Below are positions 57,310-64,000 of a stretch of 64,000 bases of DNA, piece by piece (within the stretch, counting starts at the first letter, position 1; every line of letters starts with the position of its first letter). Made by a program: the position numbers and the translations under genes. Under the pieces are notes generated by a model. That model saw only the letters and a list, made by a program, of their open reading frames with translations. It was not told the DNA's origin and did not search any database. This stretch comes from an uncultured bacterium (GTDB lineage Bacteria > Lernaellota > Lernaellaia > JACKCT01). The stretch spans positions 287-64,286 of the forward strand of contig CAZQAE010000016.1 in assembly GCA_964591275.1 (NCBI GenBank). The letters are read 5' to 3'.

Positions 57310-58940
57310 AAAGGGCGCTCAAATGGTTCGCCGCCTCAACGCTGGCGGGTATGATCTATTCGGTTTTTTTATGGGGCTTCGGAGTCTACGACGACGCCTA
57401 CATCACCTTCCGCTACGCCCGCAACGTGGCCGCCGGCCTGGGTCCCGTTTACAACGCCGGGGAGCGGGTGGAGGGCTGTACGACCTTTTTGCAAATGATG
57501 ATTCTGGCGCCCTTCATTCGCCTTGGCGCTGATCCGCGATTCGTGTCCGTGGCCCTGTCGATTCTGGCCCTGGCCCTGATTGTCGCGATGGGCGTCTGGC
57601 TGCTGGGCCGGATTTACGACGGCGAAAAGTTGCGCCTCGCCTCCTTTGCTTATGGCTTTTTCATCATGACGAATCCCGGAATGATCCTCTGGACAATCTC
57701 GGGAATGGAAACGATTTTGTACAGCGTCGCGCTGGCCGCCGTTGCGCTTTCTTTGTGGCGCGATCTCGAAAAAGACAAAGCGCCCGTTGCGGCGGCGCTG
57801 GCGTGCGTGGTCGCGGCGCTGATCCGGCCCGACGGCGTGGTGATCGCAGGATTTTTAACACTGGCGATTTTCTGGAAAACTAAAAACCAGCGATGGAAAA
57901 ACGCGCTCATCTTCTCGCTGATTTTCGGGATCCTGTATGGTGTTTATTTTGCCTGGCGTTTTCATTATTACGGCTGGTTTTATCCCAATACCTATTACGC
58001 CAAAGTGGGCGGATTCAAGCCGATTATTGTGATCCGCGGGATGGAGTACTGGATCAAATCCATATTCAGCGGCGCTATGCCTTTGATTCCTCTTCTCATG
58101 CTTGTTTTTCGCAAAAAACTTGGACTGAAGCTGGGCCTCCTGGAAATAATTTTGGTCGCCGTCATCGCCGCGCAGTCTTTCCAATCGATCATGTCCGGCG
58201 GAGACTTCATGCCCTTCTATCGCTTCATGATTCCGGTGTGGCCGCTTCTGGCGCTGCTGGCGCTGAGCCTGACGCAGCGGATCGCGTGGGGCGATTCCAA
58301 AGGTTTTTTTGGCAGACTCGCCGGAAGAATGCACAGGCGGCGCGGCATCGCCATCGCCGTGCTCATTATCAACGCATCGACGATCTTCATGGGATTGAGC
58401 AGCGTGAAAGCTTTCACCGGCGCCGTGGCTTGCCGGGCCTGGGAAAAGAATGCGCGAATATTAAGTGCGATCGTTCCGCCGGATTCTCTGATCGCCGCCA
58501 CGGCCATCGGCGCCTTCGGTTGGTACATTGATGGACCGCTTATTGATTTGCTCGGACTCACCGACGAAACCATCGCGCATACGAAAACGCGCACCAGATT
58601 AAAATCGCCTAGGGGTCATGAAAGATACAATACGAAATACGTTTTGAAACGCAGGCCGGATTTCATATTGTTTTGCGTTCAGACCGCGAAAACACCTTTT
58701 AAGGAGTGCGGGGAAATCGGCAAGGTCCTGCCGGTTCCGGCCTATCGGGACATGGTGAAAAACGCCCAGTTTCTTTCCCTTTATCGCTACGCAAACCACA
58801 AAATCGACGGGGGCTACATCGCGACTTTCATCCGCCGCTCCAGACTCGGGAAGCCGGGTTTCGAGGGGTGGTTCGTCACTGCCGATGCGCCGAAGACGCC
58901 AACCGACGCGCAGTGGTTGGATAAGAAAAAGAAGAAGTGA
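57306..58940 (+). CDS. GT-C-fold membrane glycosyltransferase-like protein
   Basis: YDDAYITFRYARNVAAGLGPVYNAGERVEGCTTFL N-terminal motif, many TM segments, soluble C-terminal domain. Its start overlaps the previous stop by 4 nt. Confidence 0.4.
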   Translation: MKRALKWFAASTLAGMIYSVFLWGFGVYDDAYITFRYARNVAAGLGPVYNAGERVEGCTTFLQMMILAPFIRLGADPRFVSVALSILALALIVAMGVWLLGRIYDGEKLRLASFAYGFFIMTNPGMILWTISGMETILYSVALAAVALSLWRDLEKDKAPVAAALACVVAALIRPDGVVIAGFLTLAIFWKTKNQRWKNALIFSLIFGILYGVYFAWRFHYYGWFYPNTYYAKVGGFKPIIVIRGMEYWIKSIFSGAMPLIPLLMLVFRKKLGLKLGLLEIILVAVIAAQSFQSIMSGGDFMPFYRFMIPVWPLLALLALSLTQRIAWGDSKGFFGRLAGRMHRRRGIAIAVLIINASTIFMGLSSVKAFTGAVACRAWEKNARILSAIVPPDSLIAATAIGAFGWYIDGPLIDLLGLTDETIAHTKTRTRLKSPRGHERYNTKYVLKRRPDFILFCVQTAKTPFKECGEIGKVLPVPAYRDMVKNAQFLSLYRYANHKIDGGYIATFIRRSRLGKPGFEGWFVTADAPKTPTDAQWLDKKKKK

Positions 58941-59099
58941 TAAATAATAGCGCAAGAAAGTGGGAACAGATTCGCATGCGTGGGGCAAAGCCCCGGTAAT
59001 TTAAGAAAAGTATCCTTGGTCACCTCGCCATAAAAGGTTCATCAACTCGCGCAGCATCCTCCGGGTAAATCGCCTTCCAGCCAACCATCGTCATCGCCA

Positions 59100-59585
59100 T
59101 CATCCTCGTTGCTCGTCGGCACATCCGGCTCGGTCTGGATGGAATCGCCGCCGCCGGGTGGAATCGTGGATGTTGTTGTGGAAGTGGGCGCCGTTGTCGT
59201 GGTCGGTTCCATAGTGGTGGTGCTCGACGTGGTCGTTGTGATAGGCGACTGCGTCGAAGTTGTTGGGGCGGTGGTCGTCGTCGGTGGCAGGGTCATCGTT
59301 GTTGAAGTCCTTGTCGAGCACCCATCCGAACTCGCAATCGCCGGGAAAGGACTGGCTGACCGCCGGATCGCCGTAGCCATCGTGATCCACGTCGCGGAAA
59401 CACACCGCGAGGATCAGTCCAGACGAATTCCGTTTTTGCGCAGCCGAATTCTCATCGCCTGCAAAGTCATACGACGATTCCAGGAATTGCGAGGATTGGT
59501 TGTTGCCCGGCTCTTCCTGGACGCAGGTCAAAGCCAGAAAGGTTACGCAAAGCGCAGGGAAAGCCAGAACGATTCGATACCTCAT
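59100..59585 (-). CDS. Putative lipoprotein with DxDxDGYGD metal-binding-like motif (3' half frame-ambiguous)
   Basis: Signal peptide with lipobox LTC and a CFRDVDHDGYGDP motif. The C-terminal His/Asp/Asn-rich part overlaps a Thr-rich ORF (59042-59380) in another frame. Confidence 0.4.
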   Translation of the reverse strand: MRYRIVLAFPALCVTFLALTCVQEEPGNNQSSQFLESSYDFAGDENSAAQKRNSSGLILAVCFRDVDHDGYGDPAVSQSFPGDCEFGWVLDKDFNNDDPATDDDHRPNNFDAVAYHNDHVEHHHYGTDHDNGAHFHNNIHDSTRRRRFHPDRAGCADEQRG

Positions 59586-59802
59586 AAGTCGCCCGTTATG
59601 CCCCGGGAAAATCAGTAAAAATCATTACAAAACTTAAACGCTGCTCGCTTCACAAAATAAGCGTGAAAAATAATTAACACAAAAGTCGGTGAAACAAAAC
59701 AGGCTTTGGTGATCCGTCCAATTCATCATCATGGTATCGGGATGTATTAAAAAAACGGGAGCCTAAAAGCTCCCGTTAATAAATTCGACATGAACTGTGT
59801 GT

Positions 59803-60669
59803 TTATGAAGTCGGCGGCGTCCCGTGATGATGAACGTCCATCTGCGGGAAGGGGATTTCGATGCCGGCTGCGTCCAATCCTTCCTTGATGGCTCGGTTGG
59901 CGGCGAAGAAAACCGTCCAGTAATCTTCTGTCTTGGTCCAGGGTCGCACGACGAAATTGACGGATGAGTCGGCCATCTCCAACAATTCGATCATCGGGGC
60001 GGGCTCTTCGAGAATCTGAGGGATGCCCTTGAGTTTTTCGGCGATGACCGATATGGCTTTGCCGATGTCCGCCGAATAGGAAATGCCGGCTGTCAGATCG
60101 ACCCGCCGTGTATCATTGGCCGTATAATTGACGATGGAGCTGCCCCAAATTCCACTGTTGGGAATGACGATCTTTTTGTTGTCGGGAGTCGTCAGCGTGG
60201 TGGCCATCAGGTTCAGTTCCTTGACGGTGCCGGCGTTTCCCGCGGCTTCAATATAATCGCCGATTTTGAATGGAGCGTTAAGAAGCAGCATCAGGCCCGC
60301 CGCCAAATTCCCCAGCGTTTCCTGAAAAGCGAAGCCGACAATGAATCCCGTGACTCCCAAACCGGCGATGAGCGGAGCGATGTCGATGCCCAAACGCGGC
60401 AGGGCCACCATAAGCAGGACGAGCCAGAGGAGCTTGCTGACAACGCTAAGGACAAAGTGTTGAAGTGTTTCCGTAACGCGGTTTGAACGACTGAGCATTT
60501 TTCGCGTGAGCTTTACCAAGCCTTTGATGATAAAACGCCCGACAATGAGGATCAGCACGAAGACCACGATATTGACGACGAAGTCAGCCCCGCTTTCGAT
60601 CAGCCAATCCTGCCCTTTTTTCAACCAGGGCATTTGTTCCACATTCAGAGATTTCAGGTCCAATTCCAT
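59803..60669 (-). CDS. mscS: Small-conductance mechanosensitive channel
   Basis: Three TM segments and PFKIGDYIEAAGNAGTVKELNLMATTLTTPDNKKIVIPNS. Confidence 0.85.
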   Translation of the reverse strand: MELDLKSLNVEQMPWLKKGQDWLIESGADFVVNIVVFVLILIVGRFIIKGLVKLTRKMLSRSNRVTETLQHFVLSVVSKLLWLVLLMVALPRLGIDIAPLIAGLGVTGFIVGFAFQETLGNLAAGLMLLLNAPFKIGDYIEAAGNAGTVKELNLMATTLTTPDNKKIVIPNSGIWGSSIVNYTANDTRRVDLTAGISYSADIGKAISVIAEKLKGIPQILEEPAPMIELLEMADSSVNFVVRPWTKTEDYWTVFFAANRAIKEGLDAAGIEIPFPQMDVHHHGTPPTS

Positions 60670-60696
60670 TGTGATGCTCCTTTATGATAGCCTGAT

Positions 60697-61620
60697 TTAG
60701 AAGAACGAGATGACCAGGGCGTTGGTCCAGGTATATGCCACGCGGTCCGCCGGGACGAGCCCATCGACTTCAACATCAGGAGTCAGAGGATCTCCGTCAT
60801 CATCGTAAGGGTAGGTCACGACGTTGCCGTAGGGATCAAGCTCTTCAACCGGGCCGGGAACGTTGGCGTAGGTGATGCTGTACAGGGTCTTGAATGAAAG
60901 ATTTCCCGTCAGTTTGAAAGACAGGCTCGTGTCGGATTCGACCGAATAGTCGTCTTCATCGTCAATGTTGTGCCGATAAGTGGCTTCCTCTGCAAAGAGA
61001 ATATAGCTCTTGATGGGAATCGAGGCGATGAGTCGGGCCAGTCCGTTGTGCGTGGGATCCCAGTAATGAAACTCGCCGTCTTCGATCTCCACCTTATTGA
61101 TCCAGTTCGTATCGACGAAAGCATAGCCGACTTCTGTTTTTAGTACGGCGTCGCTGGTTCCGAAGAAACTGTAGCCAAGACCCGCCTCAGCGATGTACCG
61201 TCCCCAGTATCCCAGAAACTCGTCGCTATCAGCGCCGAGCATTGTCCAGAGATAAGGCTTCTTGTTTTGCATGAGGTATCCTTCAAACTTATACTTGCCG
61301 AAATACGAATTGGCGTTAATTATGGGCGAGCCGCCAGGATACATCACGTCGCCGTAAGTGATGCCGGATGAAAGGATGCTGTTGGTCCATTTGCCGAAGC
61401 GGCTTAAGTTAAAATCACCCGTCAGCGTGCTCGTGTTGATCCGTTTTCCCGTTGCGGAATAACCAATCGATCCGGCGCTTGACCATATCGGAAATTTCTC
61501 GCCATCCTTCATGCCGTCGAATTTTTCAAATTCATGGTCTTCGTCAGTCTGCGCATAGATATCGCCGGCTAAAAAACCGACGAGGCCCAAAACCAGTGCC
61601 ATTATTAGTGTTGTTTTCAC
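60697..61620 (-). CDS. Outer-membrane beta-barrel protein (DUF481-like)
   Basis: GTG 61620 is preceded by a GGGAGGA RBS. Signal peptide ...FLAGDIYAQ, alternating beta-strand pattern, C-terminal ...LVISFF. Confidence 0.5.
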   Translation of the reverse strand: MKTTLIMALVLGLVGFLAGDIYAQTDEDHEFEKFDGMKDGEKFPIWSSAGSIGYSATGKRINTSTLTGDFNLSRFGKWTNSILSSGITYGDVMYPGGSPIINANSYFGKYKFEGYLMQNKKPYLWTMLGADSDEFLGYWGRYIAEAGLGYSFFGTSDAVLKTEVGYAFVDTNWINKVEIEDGEFHYWDPTHNGLARLIASIPIKSYILFAEEATYRHNIDDEDDYSVESDTSLSFKLTGNLSFKTLYSITYANVPGPVEELDPYGNVVTYPYDDDGDPLTPDVEVDGLVPADRVAYTWTNALVISFF

Positions 61621-62094
61621 TTCTGATCCTCCCAAAATTGTGTTTGATTTTTGTTGCCTGCCCCACTGATATTGCTAAAGCGTTATTTGTAATATGACTT
61701 ACATCATATTTAAGCTTTTTCACAGCCGCTTCCGAGTTCACGTCAGTGCTGAAAATCACAATATTTCTCCAAAACCCTGTCGATAGTATCAGCTTCAGAT
61801 TAACTTCACAAGAAATTATTGAGAAATTCGTCTGATCTTAGGTATTATTATCAGTGGTTCCCCTTTTCTTTTCGAAGCGACTTTTCCTTTCAGCATTACA
61901 TTGCAAAGGAGAGGGAATTGCTCTCGACCTTCGTTACGCATCCTTTGCTCGCTTTCGCCTTCGGTGGCTGCGTCGAAGCCATAAATGAATGTGTGGAAAG
62001 CTTATGAATTTTCTCATACAATGCGCGGGCGGAGCTGGCGTAATGTCCAATCTGCGGTGGAGAACAAAATTTTCATTTTTTTCATTCGGGGCGC

Positions 62095-63831
62095 TTGTTG
62101 AAAATACGGCTTGAAATTTCTATTGCTCTTTTCCTTGTGATGGCCTTGCTGCTGGCTGGCTGTGCGATCCGCGTGACGGATGAGTTGGTCGAAGTGAATC
62201 CCGCCACGGGAAGCGAACTGCCGGGACCGGCGGGTTTGAAGGCGCCGCCCTGGCCCGAATGGATTTTGCAGCATTGGGTTTGGGAAGACGAAAACACGCA
62301 GGAATCGGCAACGCAACTCGTGGAAGGATATTTGTCCCGAGGCATTCCCGTCGGCGCGGTTATCATCGACAGCCCCTGGGCGACGGGCTACGGCGCCTTC
62401 GATTTCGACCCCAGGCTTTTTCCCGATCCAAAAAAAATGATTGATGACTTTCATGCGCGGCAGGTGCGCGTGTTGCTTTGGACCGTTTCCAATATCAACA
62501 TCGATTCACCCAATTGGAATGAGGCGCTGACAAGAGGCTACCTGGCTTCCGGGGGTCGCACGCTGAATTGGTGGAAAGGCGAGGGCGCCTTCATCGACTA
62601 CAACAATCCCGAGGCTTTGGCTTGGTGGCACGAGCAAATGGACAAGGCCTTAGACCTTGGCATCGATGGTTGGAAATGCGACGGGACTGTTCCCCTCGCC
62701 AAACTGTGGCTCGGCATCGGCACGCAAACCGGACGGATCACAACATCCAGCTATCAGGATTTGTATTATGCGGATTTTTTCCATTACACGCGGGCGCGAC
62801 TCGGGCCGGGTCGCGTTATCACAGCCCGGCCCGTGGACAACGCGGGCTTGCCCTTTGACATGACTTACGCGAAACGGGACATAAACTTCGCCGGGTGGGT
62901 CGGCGATCAAGACCCGACCTGGAGAGGGATGAAAACCGCGCTCAAGAATATGTTTGAGTCTGCGGAAAAGGGCTACGTGTATTTCGGTTCGGACATCGGC
63001 GGCTATCGTGAAAACATAGAGCGCGAAAAAATCCTGTTTGTTCGTTGGGCGCAGCTCGGCGCGCTGTCGCCGATTATGGAAAATGGCGGCATGGGTGAGC
63101 ATCGGCCGTGGAGGTACGGGCAGTATGTACTGGGAATCTACCGTGACTTCGTCAAACTCCACCATGCGCTGATCCCGTACCTGTATTCGGAGGGCGCGGA
63201 GCTTTACCCCCAGGAAATTTCCGTCATGCGCCCGACCAGCCGCCGGCGCTACGAGTACATGCTGGGGTGCGATCTCTTCGTGGCGCCGCTGGTGGAGCCA
63301 TCGCCGAAACGGACGATCCATTTCCCGGACGGCGACACCTGGATCGCCTGGTGGAGCGGTGAAGAATACGAGGGCGGCGAAGGAATCGAACTGGATTTTC
63401 CTCTTTCCCGATATCCGCTCTTCGTGCGCAAAGGCGCCATCATACCCATGGACATTCCGGCGAAGTCGGTATTCGGCCCTTCAAAAGATGATCTGAATCC
63501 GCTGACAATTTTTATTTATCCCAAAACCGGGGAGACGGAGGCGCGAAGCATCTACGAAGAGCAAGGACGCGGCGCCCGCGTTGAGGCCGACTATCGGGAC
63601 GATGGCCTTACGATCCGGCTTTCGGCCACGCAGCGGCGATACGCATTTCGCGTGATGGACATGGACAAACCCCGCGCCGTGATCACGCAGCCCTGCGGCC
63701 CCTTGCAGGCCAAGGCGAGTTTCAATGAACTCTTTATGTCATCATCGGGTTTCTTTTATGACGAAAAATCCTGGGAGCTTTGGATCAAACCCGGCCCCGC
63801 GGACAATGGACTGATTGTCGAAGTGCGCTGA
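62095..63831 (+). CDS. Glycoside hydrolase family 31 lipoprotein
   Basis: Lipobox LLAGC. VIIDSPW, IDGWKCDG (nucleophile region) and FGSDIGGY motifs. Confidence 0.8.
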   Translation: MLKIRLEISIALFLVMALLLAGCAIRVTDELVEVNPATGSELPGPAGLKAPPWPEWILQHWVWEDENTQESATQLVEGYLSRGIPVGAVIIDSPWATGYGAFDFDPRLFPDPKKMIDDFHARQVRVLLWTVSNINIDSPNWNEALTRGYLASGGRTLNWWKGEGAFIDYNNPEALAWWHEQMDKALDLGIDGWKCDGTVPLAKLWLGIGTQTGRITTSSYQDLYYADFFHYTRARLGPGRVITARPVDNAGLPFDMTYAKRDINFAGWVGDQDPTWRGMKTALKNMFESAEKGYVYFGSDIGGYRENIEREKILFVRWAQLGALSPIMENGGMGEHRPWRYGQYVLGIYRDFVKLHHALIPYLYSEGAELYPQEISVMRPTSRRRYEYMLGCDLFVAPLVEPSPKRTIHFPDGDTWIAWWSGEEYEGGEGIELDFPLSRYPLFVRKGAIIPMDIPAKSVFGPSKDDLNPLTIFIYPKTGETEARSIYEEQGRGARVEADYRDDGLTIRLSATQRRYAFRVMDMDKPRAVITQPCGPLQAKASFNELFMSSSGFFYDEKSWELWIKPGPADNGLIVEVR

Positions 63832-63873
63832 CAGGTTTCTTCAACCCGTAATTAGTATAATCGTTCGTGATTT

Positions 63874-63925
63874 TGCCCGCTCACTCATCGCCTAGCGGCG
63901 ATTTTGTCGTTCGCGGCTCTGTTTC
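63874..63925. repeat. 52-bp dispersed repeat (second locus)
   Basis: Near-identical to 23865-23916, located 43 nt after the GH31 stop codon. Confidence 0.85.
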
Positions 63926-64000
63926 GTTGTCACAGATCAAGCTTGTGCCGGGTTGGCGAATTGGATCGCCGAATTCCGAATCGTATAGAATTCGTTGTCG

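Overview
This 64-kb chromosomal window has moderately high GC (mid-50s % by eye, not computed) and looks like an uncultivated bacterium. I cannot assign taxonomy from the sequence alone.

Most of it is housekeeping:
- mnmG
- ispE, tRNA-Gln, prs, rplY and pth
- the membrane pyrophosphatase hppA
- rpsF, ssb, rpsR, DUF2232, rplI, dnaB and proC
- gap, pgk and tpiA, with fbp divergent
- L-rhamnose catabolism (rhaD, rhaB, rhaA, plus rhaM)
- a polar amino-acid ABC transporter
- two MscS-type channels
- envelope and glycan enzymes (GT-C-like membrane proteins, a sulfatase, GH31)

Accessory or unusual content:
1. A partial IS21-family end lies at the left edge.
2. An AT-rich islet carries a DUF3800-like gene.
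3. A stand-alone 1335-aa CHAT protease, STAND NTPase and TPR gene is bracketed by nested palindromic hairpin elements. This is the best candidate for a conflict or defence-type system.
4. A recently duplicated tandem array of three lipoproteins with poly-Asp linkers sits directly upstream of rhaDBA.
5. A lower-GC pair of U32-family genes is inserted between rhaA and rhaM. The second is split by a T9 homopolymer.
6. Several intergenic repeat families are present. These include heptamer arrays at gene 3' ends, GCCC-loop-GGGC plus ACAATATT hairpin modules, ~130-bp direct repeats bracketing an MBL gene, and a 52-bp dispersed repeat.
7. A 51-bp tandem duplication includes the hppA start codon.
8. 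Ribosomal protein S6 carries a ~150-aa encoded acidic tail.

No rRNA genes or CRISPR arrays were seen.
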